Shown piece after piece: positions 23,901 to 37,464 of a stretch of DNA of 64,000 nucleotides; within the stretch, counting starts at the first letter, position 1, and each line of letters starts with the position of its first letter. Below the pieces are notes generated by a model. That model did not search any database and was not told the origin of the DNA. It was given only the letters and a program-made list of their open reading frames with translations. Both the position numbers and the translations under genes were made by a program. Origin of the DNA: Squalus acanthias (taxonomy: Eukaryota); NCBI GenBank assembly GCA_030390025.1, contig CM059438.1, positions 79,856,001 through 79,920,000 on the forward strand. Reading direction: 5' to 3'.

Positions 23901-26900
23901 TTACTGAATTGACATCACAGGACACAGAAATGTTTCTGAACATCAGTTGGAGGAATTCACTGTCTGATGAAGGGGCGTTTACCAGTTTTAAAACAAACTT
24001 TGTAAAGTCAACTCCTCATAGTACAGAAAGCTTGTTCTATCAAAATCCGAGCTTCTATGATAAACGCAGCAGCTTATTTATAATACAGGCAGTAGCTGGA
24101 ATATCAAGATATTGGCAGTGATAATGGTCAATTTCAAATTCCAGTAGGAAAACATATGGAAAAACCCCATCAAATACACAAAGAAAAACCCACACAAGAT
24201 TCCTAATTGAAATATAGAAAAGCGGAGTTGTGGTAAGAGCTCTTACATACCCTTGCGAATCAGATTGTGTTCACAGTGTGAACCAAATGCATTTCTTTGA
24301 CATATTCAGGCAGCTGTTACTCGCTATATAATAAATGTATACAGCTCTTCACAGATTGATCTCCAGTGGAAAACAGAAATCAGTAAAAAAAAAGTTATCT
24401 TCAAGTACCACTTAGCATGGCAGCTCCATGTAAACAATCAGAAAGAACTTTGTAACCGATCAGCAATTACTTCAATTGTTTAAACAAACGCAACAGAATC
24501 TACTCAGTTATGAAACTATCTGGGCATTATCTAAAGTCTGGAAAGCTTTTCAATCAAACAGAAATGTCCCTTGCGTGTATCGCACAATTTCTTTAATGCA
24601 TTGCAATGTGCTAACCCTCCCACTTACCCAATCTGCTACACATTACCTACTATTTTCCTGAGTTTGAAAAAGATAATAGCCAAAGGAAAATGATAAATAA
24701 CTATTAGTAATAATAAGAGCCACTTATTTACAGTCTTCACAGGAAAATAGACAGAATCATGGAATTTTATACCCAAACCACTGGTAAAAGTCCTCTGATA
24801 CACGGGAATAAATACTGAATTTGACGCATTGAGTCATTGTAAATCAGTGGCCCGATATTTATGCGTTATGTTACATGATATAACACCCCTATTGTTATAA
24901 AACGACTCACCATGAGCAATGCCACGGGAGACACAACACATATCCTGTGTCACTTCCCTGTAACAGTCTGTTCTAACACATTATGTGCAAATTTCTTGTA
25001 TTCAAACTACTCAAAGTCTTGCAGTGCAAATTGGCTGATATTCAAATTCTTCCCGTTAAATTATTTATTTGAGCTCAATGCAAATTTCTTTGCCAATTGA
25101 CTGATATGCACGTTTATTAATTGGGATTAACTCATTAATTTGTTAGAAAGGGGAAGCCTAGCCAGAAGAAGCTTAGCCACTCAAGAAGAAATTGAATCCC
25201 TTCATCAATTTTTCTACAGTAGCTGAAATTTCTATTATCGAAAATAAGGTTACAAACTATTAAAAGATTAAAGTTACACAGAGAATTTTCTTTTGTATCT
25301 GTTAATACCCTTATTAAAGTTTTCACATCGAGGCTTCAGACTTGCTTAAAAGCTTAGACTCTCGGCTGGTATTTTTTTTCCTCAAAGCTCTGTCGGTAAT
25401 TCACTGGATGCTACAGCGTGAGAAGGCACAAAATCTCCCAGCATACATCAGGATAACGCTTTCAATGTGCAACTTGAATACTCTTCCCTCACAGTGTAAC
25501 AGGAATTGAGTTCCTTTCTTTTTCTAAATGATTTGGAAAAACAGCTGGAGAATGAATTTCAGCAGCTTCATTCAAGTAAAGTTTCACATTCCAACTGTTA
25601 TCAAGTGCTTTGTTTTACTTGACACAGAGAGAGTATGTGTGCCAGCACCTGCTGCTTGTAAGGCCCACCCCTTGCAGTATAGTGCAAAAACACAAAATTA
25701 TTATTGTTTTTTCTATAAAAACCTAATAACATAAACCATTAATTTTAGGACTTTCATCTGAGGAAAATTCTCAAAATTCTCATAACTGATCATTCAGAGT
25801 GTGCCAGAAATAAGCTGCAAAGTTTTTCCAAATTATATGAAACGACACAAATTAAGAATTTTTGAACTCAAAGTTTTACATTAAAGCTATTATCAATTTC
25901 TTATAACAGAAAGAGACAGAGAAAAAACTGATTAGACGCTCAATCGGCTTTGAAATTTTCAAAGAACAAAACAATCGCTATTTACATAAAGATTGGTTAT
26001 TTAGCTGCAGTTGCTAAAGGAAACGTTAATTAAGATATTACAACCTATACTATGCAGGCAACATCCTTTCAACGTCCAGCTTCTAATAACGTGCGGCGAG
26101 GAGGCTGATATTCTACCTACGTACAGGCCAACTCACAAAAGAAGTAGTTTGATTGGCTTAATGGCCAGCGATTCAAACCCAGATCCCGCAAAAGTGTGGC
26201 TCGGGTAACTAATGCTGTGAGATCAAGCCACCTTTTGAGAAACATGGCTTCACCAATTAACGCTCAGCGATTGCAATGTGGCTCAGGAAGTTGATGCTGT
26301 TGCGTTCTGCAGGACATCAAGGGAGACATGTAACTGGATCTGCCACGACTTAACTGGATCCAACCAGCAGCTTGGAAGGCGACAGGTTCTTTCAACACAT
26401 ACTCATCCAAACAACACCCCCACAGAGCTCCGAAACATCTGAAACTTTACCTCAAAAAGCTTTTAAAATTCGCCCTCCAGCTCGTTTGCAAATCATTTGG
26501 GGGTGGGGGGGGAAGGAACTCAGAAATCCTGTTTACAGCATGAGCAAAGATTACACTTCAGCTGTACAGAAAGTATCATACTGATACATGCTGGAAATTC
26601 CTCACAATATAGGCACTCCGATTACAAACATCCCCAGAATTAAAGGTGCAAGTGTAATTAGTAAATCTCTTCAGCTGACACACTGATAACTCGGAAAAAT
26701 AAAAACGCAGGCTTCTGAAAGCACGGAAGCCTTCAAGTAAAATGTTACTGAAGGCACTAAAAGGCATAAAAGACAACTTTACTGGTAACCTTAATCATGA
26801 TGTGTGTATTTTTTCATGTTTTCGCTATGATAGAAACTTTTGTCAGCAGGCTGAGGGGAAAAATGGTGGACAAAAACATTCCAAAAGTATCAACTGATTT

Positions 26901-28283
26901 GATTGGCTTGCCTTCTCTTTACTAAAAATAAGTTACACATGATCAAATCAGAATTAATAAATTTGCAAAGCAATGAAGTGGGAAAAATTAGAATATGAGC
27001 CAATCAGCTCAAAAAAATGTGCATATAATTGCCCTCTGTCAAGTGTGCTTTGGAAAGTGTGACAGACAGGGAGTGAGTGCAAATATGCCATTTTTATAAT
27101 ACTATTGGTGATTCTTCCATGGCATTGCTTTGGGTATGTCAGAAGATACGCTGCTTTATAATGGTATGGGCATTACACTAGGAAACTCCAATTAAACGTG
27201 GTATGTTTTAAGGTGGCATGTGCTGCTTTGCTCAACCTGCCTACAAGCGAAGGATGTTTCCAAATGTAACAGCTGCTCATATAACCAGTACATGCTCTAC
27301 TTACCAGCAATTTAGTTAAAACTCTTACCATTAAACTGTGCCAGAGAGCTGAGCACTTGCCACCTACACAGCCAGTTGTTATACTAACCAGCTGGAAACC
27401 TACTTCAACATTAAGCAGGCTGAGAAAGGTGAAGTGCAGGCATTTTAAAACATGCTGCTGATTAAAATCGAATTTGACTTACTTTCTTTTTCAGGTCCCC
27501 TTGAATCAGTTGTCCTTATTCTGTAATTTTTTTCACACTATCTTTATCTTTCTCTCTGTTTTTTTGTCCCCATTGTGCCTGATACACTATGTTTCTTGCA
27601 TTCGTTCTCTGCGTTTCTTCATACAAACCTCACCGCTCTCACATAATACATCTTGCTTATGCATGCGCTTCTAAAGTAACAAATACTTCTGTAACACTTC
27701 CTTATCACATCTACTTCTCTCAAGCTATTTCCATCACACCAATCATTTACCTCTGATTCAGCCTGCCAAGGTGGCCTCCAAGGTAGAAGGCACTGTTGCT
27801 TACTTACCTCAGCTGTCCCAGCACAGTCTCCAAAGTAGGTGGCATAGTGACACCCATCTTGGAAATTCTATGCTGCCGATTATCTACTCAACTTTGTGAT
27901 TTTTGCTGAGCAGTGGGGAAACCCATCTTATTTCAAATAAATGCTCAGCAGTTACTGGGCAAGCCCTTTTATGAAATCAACGCCACTCTCCCACTGTGAC
28001 CTCTGCACCAAAAGCTGCGCTCAAGGTTGGCTTGAGGTTTATTTTGGTGGGCCGGCAGATTATTTAAAAGCATTTTCCTGACAGTGACTGGAGTTAACCT
28101 GTATGGAATTAAAATAAATGCTCAGCTATATTTTAAATAATATAAATATTATTTCCCCTAGTTACTGCTCTGAAAAACCTTTTAAGAAGTCTCTTCCTTC
28201 CCCCCGCCCAACCCCTTCCACTATCAGAACTAGACTCCCTTGTATCTTTTCCATCTCCCTCCTGTGCAACCCCCAATGCTCGC

Positions 28284-28560
28284 ACACGTCTGCTCTCTCA
28301 GGTGGATGTGAAAGATCTCATGGCGCTATTTCAAAGAAGAGCAAGTAAGTTTGTCCCGGTGTCCGGACCAATATTTACCCCTCAACCAACATCACTAAAA
28401 TGGATCATCTGGTAATTATCATATTGCCGTTTGTGGGACCTTGCTGTGTGCAAATTGTCTCTAAATTGCAACAGTGACTACATTTCAAAAGTGCTTCTTT
28501 CACTGTAAAGCACTTTGGGACGTCCTGAGGTCATGAAAGGCATGTTTCTTTCTTTCTTTC
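28284..28560 (+). mobile_element. Deu-domain SINE (SacSINE1/AmnSINE1-like), 5'-truncated
   Basis: aaagatctcatggcgctatttcaaagaagagc...ccaatatttacccctcaacc...gtgggaccttgctgtgtgcaaattg core and a (TTTC)n tail. Confidence 0.85.
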
Positions 28561-31500
28561 ATTTTCAGACCCCTGCTCTGAATTCCCAGGACCACTCTCC
28601 CAACACCAGTGTCACAAAACCTCCCACTACTACTACACCCAGTTATTGCAAATCCCCTTCCCATTGCTCCCACCTGCCCCGACCAGCAACCAGGAAAAGC
28701 TCCTCCATAACTTGCGCTTTAAAATAAAGGCAAGAAATAAAATGAACTGCAGATATAAACTCACTTTTAATAGTATTTAAGGACACAGTTTCCACACCAA
28801 TATGCATATAATCATATTATAGCCCAAAAAAATCACTAATACGTGTATAATATGTCTATATATTACAAATCTTAAAAAAGTACCCATTACCTTTTTCCAT
28901 TATAAATTTCTGCGTCCATATTTATAAACTGCTGATGTTTTGCATAGTAGTTACACCCTCCCACCAGTGCTGGCACTGTTGCGCCTCAGTTTTACATCTT
29001 CCAACTCCTCGGCCTGTACCACAGAGAATCGCTAAGCTCCAACCAACTCAATCCCTCTTTACTAAATTGCTGTGCGTTTTGCTAATTACCTTTAAAAAAA
29101 TATATAAAATCTACATCTTACATAACAATCAGGAAAGGGTGCACAACTTTAAAAGGCTGACTGAATTGCATCCGAGAGGCCTGGCCTAGTTATCGACTGC
29201 TCTCCAACCCTACTTCACCTGAAGTCTATACTTGGTCTCAACACCCAGTGTGTAATGCCACGGGAGAGGGATCTGCAATAAAAAAGTTTGACTTATTGAG
29301 TTACATAGCATAAATCATCTTGAGCAAGGCCACGGGAGATCTGATAGTGTATATATAAAACAAGATATTGGACATTATATAAGCAGAATTATAGAGGTGA
29401 TCAAGTTAAATAGAATGGAAAATAATATGTCATACTGAGTGCAAATTAGGATTTTTGGAAAATTAATGTAAGATTTTTATTAACTGAAAACGCTGCAGAA
29501 AACCTACATTGTACAAACAATAAACATAACTGGTTTTACCAAAGAGTTTTGGTGAATGCTAAGTATTGTCTTATTTTGCTCTCAATTTACTTTTCCTTTC
29601 AATGGAATGAAATGCACTGGATTTTATCTTAAGTTAAATGCTACACAACAAACTCATTTTAAAATTAAAACTAAAGATTTCTGTTTATGCAATGATAAAA
29701 CTATTATCTTGAAGACTTATTCTAAATATTTAATTCAATCCATTTACAGCTTCTGTGCCTGATTACTGTAGTAAAAATGGCACCCCTGTAAATTCCTTTG
29801 AGTCACAAAATTATCTTTCAAGGCAATGTGAAATATGAAAAATACAACTCATAACAAATGAAAGGTCATTCTTATGAAGCATTCTGTAGTACCCTACACT
29901 TTAATCATATGTATATTTTATAAAACAAGATTATTGACAACATAAATATTTACTGGATATTTGACTTTACAGGACAAAGGGCTCAACAATTTCATTTATC
30001 ATGCAAATGCAGCAAAATGTTAAACTGAAAGGCTTTTTCAGTTGTGAATCAGCTGGTTCTTTTCCAGTAGTGGCATCCTTTTTTTCTGGTCATTTTGGTC
30101 TCCTGTGTGTAGTTTACTGCAGTTCCTGCACTGATTGACCAGTATCAAACGACGCCAATGCAGTGGTCTATAAACCAATCTCAGTGTGCGCGTCACTTTA
30201 AAGATCAACCACTTCCTCTATTGGGAGGCCAGATTTCACAGCTGAACTTTATCTTGTTACTCAGCCAGGAGAGTTTCCTGTATTGGTCCATTAAGTAAAG
30301 CATGTAGGCTATTAAGACCTGAAGCAACAGTCAGCAAGGACATCAAATCTGGATTGCGAATTAACTTGGTCAATCATCAGGTGAAAAAAAACTTTGCTCT
30401 GTAAATACATGGGCAACAGAAAATGAATAGAAGTGTAGATGTTAAATATGTTTCCTTCAAAATCGATTCAGACAGAAGTGTCAACATAAACAAAAAAGTT
30501 ATAACCTAGGAAATGCTTTTCAACAGCAGTAACTTTTATACAGTAATTTAAATCTCCCAAGGGCCTAGACTAGGAAACACCATCAAACAGATGCTTAGCC
30601 ATCGTCTAATATTACATGCATCATTCCTGTCAGACAGGAGAACAGCACAAAGAAAAAAAAACAGGAATATTGTTAATTATAATTTTTGTAAATGAATTAA
30701 AAGCCACCCAGGAATTTTGTGTTTTAAGATGCCTTTAATTGTGCGATTGTTTTTATGTATCTTGGCATCAATGCTCTTTTGCATAACTGTATAATCTTTA
30801 GAACTTCTTCCTCCTTATACATGTTAAATGCTATTGCTAATTTTGTTCAGAAACTCCTTACAGTTTTGTGTTGTCTTTCAATTTAAAAAAAGCCTGTGAA
30901 CTTTTTACATATATATTTCTCATAAGTTTAATTGTATGAAGAAAATCATGTGCTGCAAAGTGTAGATTTAATCATTAAATAATGACAACTATAGAGGTAA
31001 AGAATAGAAAAATATTTAAAAAGTGTCTGAATCTACTTGAAATTAAAACTAACATTGTAATATACTTTAAGGGACACAATGTTGGAATTGTTGGTTATAT
31101 TATACCTGTTAAACAAAATGCTCTGAATTTTAGTCAACTTCCTTTATAATATTCAGCTTTGTTTATTTATATAATTTTCTTGAAAATAAGAAATATAACA
31201 TTCTAGATTTTAATCAAGTTTTTGGTGAATTTTTAAGTTGGATGTTTTACTTTCCCAGTTCTAAAATACTTTGTGACAATAGTACATTTATAAAGCACAA
31301 TTATTTCACAGATTTATTCATTAGAAATCACTTTTATTCAATGTGAAAATGTTTTAAACGTTCCATTTGGGAAAATAGTTTTTAGCAAGTAATTCAAACA
31401 GCTAACATCGAGAGTAATGAGGCAAAACTCATTACAACACAGTAAATCAGGTAGTATACCCAATTTAGTGAGGCTGAAAATATCAAACCACAACATAAAA

Positions 31501-32518
31501 ATAAGCTTCTGTACTGGAGGTGAAATCAGAGAATTCAGGAGTACTGCAGAAGATTGGTTGCTTTTGGTGCTTAAGTGATTTTATAAAAACAAAATATGAT
31601 CGATTTGGTTTCAGTCTACCAGCACCAATATTGTATTGACAATACAAGTTTGGCGATTAGGTCTTGTGTCAGCACGGAGACTGTCGTAATATGTACAAAA
31701 GTGGGCAAAGAAAATGCTATAGAATGCAAAGAAACATCAATCTTGTGCATATTTTTAAATGACTTGAACAGTTGTACAGTGACAGAAGATAGCAAAAAGA
31801 GTCAGTCACTGCGGTGGCTCCATGGCACTTGATGTAAGCCAGAAGCTGGCATGGATAGTGGGCACTTTAAGTACGTACTGTTCTGATCAAAGTAGAGTAG
31901 TGTGAGCTGCCACACAAAAAGCCGTCAATGGAAAGTAACACGAGAACTTTAAAAGATTAAACTAAAACACTTGATAAAACTTTGAAGAAAACTTCCTTCC
32001 TGCAAGTACAAAGACCACAAGAGAGGATTTAAATAGTTTGGGAGCAAAAAAAGTTAGAATATCTTCTGGTGTGGAAGGTGAGAGCGCTAATCTCCTGCTG
32101 ATGATGGGAGTAAAACAAACTACAGGCATGCCAAGAACAAGGGCCTCAAATACAACAGAGTAGATCACCTGACAGCCTACTATGCACATTTCTTAAAGGG
32201 ATAGCATCTACTTTTTTCTACCCTGTTGCCTGGTTGCAATTTCTATTTGCACACACATATCAAAATAATGGGAAAGAATCAACTTTTGCTCTGAAACTGG
32301 CTATAACAATCCTTTTGTTCCCCATAAGCTGATAAATAAATGGAAGGCGGATTAGATGCAGCCAAATTAATGTTTCCTGGAGCAGTTGCCGATAACTGAA
32401 CAGAGTGCAGGTTGCTCTCTCACAACTCAGGGGTATAGTAAAAAGGAAATCAGAAAATCTTAGAAGTGTTTTATTTTTGCAACACTCCCAAATGTTTGCT
32501 AGGGAGAAAACAAATAAT

Positions 32519-33284
32519 GGCCCGGATTTTGCAGTCAGCAGCAAAGTGATGGCGCTTGCCGCTGACATCAAAGAAAGCTGCCCACAAAGATCAAGCGATC
32601 TCTGCGGCGTGGATTTCACCTCTCCCATCGTTAATTTGAATCTGGCGCCAAGTCTAGGGGATCTCCAGCATCCAGCAACAGTGATGTCATCAAGCTGGCT
32701 AAGCAGCCAATCACATTGAAGAATTCTTACAGATAGCAAACCAGGAAGTAAAATGCACTGATTATCCTTCACTTTTAATACATTTTGCAAAGAGCAAAAT
32801 AAAGATTGGGACATACACATGGGATTAAGGTAGAAGCTGAAATATCAAACAAATTTCAAAGAATAAAAAAATTATATTAAAAACCATGTAATTTTTATCA
32901 TAATGGAAAAATTTAGCATTTCACAAACATAAAATTAGTTTTTCAGGGCCAGAACGGTTGTGAAGCAGTAGTTTTGACTCAGTACGCCGTTAAAAAACCA
33001 ATTACACCTCACTGATCAAGGCTTTTTAGGGTTGTTTTTTTTTTAACAACGATATTAGAGCGTAAAAGCTGAAGTTCTCATCAGTTCAGTGATTTCAATT
33101 GATTGCTCACTGCGGGGAGTTCAAGAGCGCGCCCTGTGGAGGAGCAGGGAATGACTGACAGCAACTTCTGGATTTCCACGTTTAACTGCACATGTGCAGA
33201 CGCCAAAAGTTGCTGTCAGTTTCACAGTTGTAATGACAGCAAATACTGACAGTTTCGTCGTCGTAACAACTGCAAATTCCGGGC
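32519..33284. mobile_element. MITE with about 16-bp TIRs (GCCCGGATTTTGCAGT / ACTGCAAATTCCGGGC), possibly PIF/Harbinger-like
   Basis: Terminal inverted repeats with one mismatch. Interior is related, in opposite orientation, to 56134-56813. Confidence 0.8.
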
Positions 33285-36200
33285 TGATATCTCCGTTCTT
33301 CCCTTTTGTCTGCTGCTTGGCATCCACTGCTTAATGCACTTTGAGATGTCTTCCTGTATATGAAGATTGCAAAACAACAACAACTTGCATTTATATAGCG
33401 CCTTTACGTAGAAAAACGCCCACGGCGCACTAGAGATACAAGTTGTTATTACTTAGAGACAGTGGGTTACTATCGACAGTTGAAAGAATCTTAAGATACG
33501 TGTATTATGCTAATTTTAAAAAAAAATTCTCATTCCTCCCAAAGGCTATTTTTTTGGGAAGTTATGGTTAGAATTGCACATCCTTATTAGCCCAGCCTGG
33601 GCCGCATTTGATCTCCATTCTGGAATAACATGTAATCATTATATTGAATACTATTGGTCATAGTGAATCTGAAATCAGCACCTTAAATGCAATATACTCT
33701 GAGCATGCCATTTGTGCCAAATCAATGGGAATTTAAACAAAACCTGCTTTAACAGCTTGATTTGATGCTGATGGAAATACAATTGTATATCAGCATAACC
33801 TGGCAGCAAACTCAATCAAACTTCCTCATGTCGAATCACCGATTCCTACATTCCAGCCACTTCATCTGCCTCATTGTTTGACTTTGCAGAGTGGAGAACA
33901 TGCATTTTAAGTGCCTCAAAAAATCTCGTCGTGGCTTTGCTTTGCTGCGAGCACAACCAGGCTAACAACAATCCACAAATACTGAACCTTTATCTGGTTA
34001 TTGGGTCTCAGATTCATTGTTGTATCAGATTTTTACATTAATTTGGAGTCAAGCAGGATTCAAAGTGGATCACTATTTTTAAAATAAACATAATGGTATG
34101 AAGGGAGTAACTACTTAATATCAACTAAATCACATTTCACTCCACTAAAGTCCAGAATTTTCTTCCAATTGAAATCCTTTGTAACTTGAGACTGCCAAAC
34201 CTGGTTACATCGCTCTAAATTTACTTAGAGAAACACTTGTGCAGACAACATGGTGCAACCCACACTTAACTATAGGAAGCTCAGAGAACATATTCTGGGT
34301 TTCAAATTTATAACCAAAACAGCCTTCACCACATGCAGTTTAAGTAGCACAACTGGTAGCACTACCCTGAATTTATGACCAATGACACACACATATTTAA
34401 TTTGTAACCAAACACTTCCCCTTCCTCTTAGCTCCCTTTAGAACTTTTGATTAACTCATATTTTTCTTAGGTCAGAGGTTAAATAAAGGAAGAGAAGTGT
34501 TCTGTGCTGAAATAGCCCAGAGCACTGCACAGAAAGAGGACTAATGCTACGGACATTAAAAGAATCAAAGCAATAAAGACCTCGGCAATGATTTCAAGTT
34601 CAGAAGTTCAGAAAGCAAGATTAGGCATAAAAGTACCAATAAATACAGCAAAGTGAAAAGGAGAAAAGGTCAAAATGTGATGTGTCACAATATTTTGTAT
34701 GTTTTGACTTTAACTGTGATGAGTGCACTAGTCACTTAACAGGACAAAATGTTCCTTTCAAAATCTGAGGTGACAATTTTACAGCGATATAGGTCATAAA
34801 CAGTCAAATGTAAGGCTAAGACACCATAATATGCCTGGTTGCTTTTTGCCAAGTAGGTTTGTTTTTCGTGCCTTCAGCATACTAGCATATCAACTCTTCT
34901 GTACAGGATCAGTGTGCTGTGCCCATTAGCTCCTCTGTGACTATCTGGTTATTCACTGTTTATAAACAAGACACTAATTATCCTACCTTTTACAAGAAAA
35001 AAATAACTCCAGTGACAATTCTACATAACCATTATATGTTTTTAAAATTAAAAAGTTACTTTAGTTAATTTAAAATAATGAGAATTGAACTTTTATTTCT
35101 GGGGCGGATAGGGATGTTAATCATGGGCACTGGCATCTACATGGATTCCTTGTCCATTAAAATTAGCTATTTTATCAAAAGGTTGTCTACATGACAACAG
35201 TCACTGCACTCCAGAAAAAGTCATTCATTTCGTGCTTTTCTTTGAGACATTTCAATGAGGGGATGAGGCACCAAATAAACTAAGTACTTCTTGCTTAGCA
35301 CAGAGAGAGAGAGAAAAAGAAAAACGTATACACAGCTTTTTTAGAATACAGACGAACCTGAGCGGGAAGAAGAAAATGTTTTACACAATTGGGAGAAAAT
35401 TTAAACAATGGATTCCTTTCCTGCATCTCTGTCCCTTATTTTTGTTTTCAGAAGTACTGAAATAGAAATTTAGTAATAACAGAGTTAAATCCCAGTGTAA
35501 ATAGGATGTGCTGTAAATATTAATCTATGAAAACAGATTGCTGTCCTTTTTTGTATACTTTGCACAAATTTAACACTGCAACTTAAATGCTTTCCATCAC
35601 AACATACTAAACTGTGAAAACACTAGTTGCAGGTTACTAACCCTACAATAAGACTATTGATTTGGATTCTAAATTAAGATTTAAAATAAACTGGGCTTTA
35701 TGTTATAAAAACACATGAACCATAATTATATAACATTAGTGAAAAATAAAAGACTGGCTTACTGCTAAGATTTCCTACTCTTCTAAATGGCACAGTAAGA
35801 CTAATGGTGTAGCCAGAACATAAATGTGTCAGCAACATTTTTAATTGGCTTTTCATGAATGACTTTACTGTACTTAAAAGTCTGCTGCTCTCTGATGTTT
35901 CTATGTGCTGCGGACTTTATTGTCCTCACTGCATAAGAAACAGATTTCTACCTACAGTCTTAGCTTCTGTACAAAAATACCGCAATTATTAAAAAATGTT
36001 AAATGATTATGCATAAATGTTGTAAGAGGGAAAAACACAACTTTGTACTCAAAATTTGGGTTCATAAAATGTTCTCAATCCAGCTTTTGTGGAATTTTCT
36101 TACAATTGACAGAATTCATTATTAAAATTTCACACCAATCATCTGAACATAATGCACTGGTGAATTAGCAAGTCATCAACGGCCTTTTGCAAACATTCGC

Positions 36201-37019
36201 CCATCCATTTAAGAAAAAGAACATCTGCAGATAGATATTTTAATAAATATATTAAAATTAAATTGATTTTGAATTCGGTTCATCGTCCATATAGATGGAA
36301 CAAACAATATGACAGCTAGGCACGGAATTTGTAAACTTATGCAACATTATTAATAAACTGTGTAATAAAATGTACATGTCACCTAAGGGATTCATTGGTT
36401 TGTCAGTAGTATTTAAAACTTCTGACATGACACTAACCAGACGTATAATATACCGTAGATCTGAAAGGGTTAAGAAAATCTATGAAGTGATGGCAGCAAA
36501 AGTTACAGATACTCTTCCGCTGCTAGTTCCGAATCATACTGGTTAAAGGCGTACAAAGGAAGCCCTTGAAGCAAACACAGCTTTTGAGTCCCTCTTGTCA
36601 AAGTTTACAGAAAGCTTAATTGGGAAGTTATAAATTGAGTCTGAAAGCAGAGCCAGACAGAGAACAGCTCTGCTGTCGACCACAGTGGGACTCTTTGTGG
36701 TCACCTACAACCTCTAACTCAAATATATTGCAGCTGGGAAGTATTTTGGGCAATTTCAGACGTAAATTAAAATTCTCTACTTATGGTGTACCTTCAAATG
36801 GTATTAAATATTACATCAGAAATTGGAGAAAAAATAACTGATCAAATGAACACCATTGTTAGACCAAGAAAATACATTGCTAAAAAAAATTCTACTGTTC
36901 TATTTTAAATAAGTGTGACCATCTCTTTTTTAGTACGTGTGATTGAACTATATCGGAACTCTTAGCCATGTGTGTTTTGACTTTAAACATAATTCCTACA
37001 CTGTTTTTTTGTGTCTGAT

Positions 37020-37277
37020 TATAGAATCATAGAATGGTTACAGCACAGAAGGAGGCCATTCGGCCCATCGAGTCCGTGCCGGCTCTCTGCAAGAGCACTT
37101 CAGCCAGTTCCACTCCCCCGCCCTTTCCCCGTAGCCCTGCAGAATTTTTTCCTTCAGATTCTTATCCAATTCCCTTTTGAAACCCACGATTGAGTCTGCC
37201 TCCTCCACCACCCTTTCAGGCAGTGCATTCAGGATCCTAACCACACGCTGTGTAAAAAGGTTTTTCCTCATTTTCTC
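37020..37277 (-). mobile_element. CR1 LINE 3' end
   Basis: atagaatcatagaa tail. ORF 37038..37280 RKNLFTQRVVRILNALPERVVE. Confidence 0.9.
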
Positions 37278-37464
37278 CAATTTATGATGTAATCTATATG
37301 TTATTAATGTACCACTAAATTAAATAATTAAACTAAATCAAAAATTATTGCTCAGTTATGAAAACAATACCAAATATTTCATAAATATAATTTCTAAATT
37401 GCATTTGTACAAAGATCAGCTTTTTAGAAGTCTCTTAATCCTTATTTTATACTATCTGATATTA

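Noticed and set aside
32260-32820. 186-aa minus ORF
   Set aside because: Spans the MITE boundary and has no transposase motifs.
36420-36472. piggyBac-like end (...gaaagggTTAA)
   Set aside because: No matching TTAAccct partner found nearby, so support is too weak.
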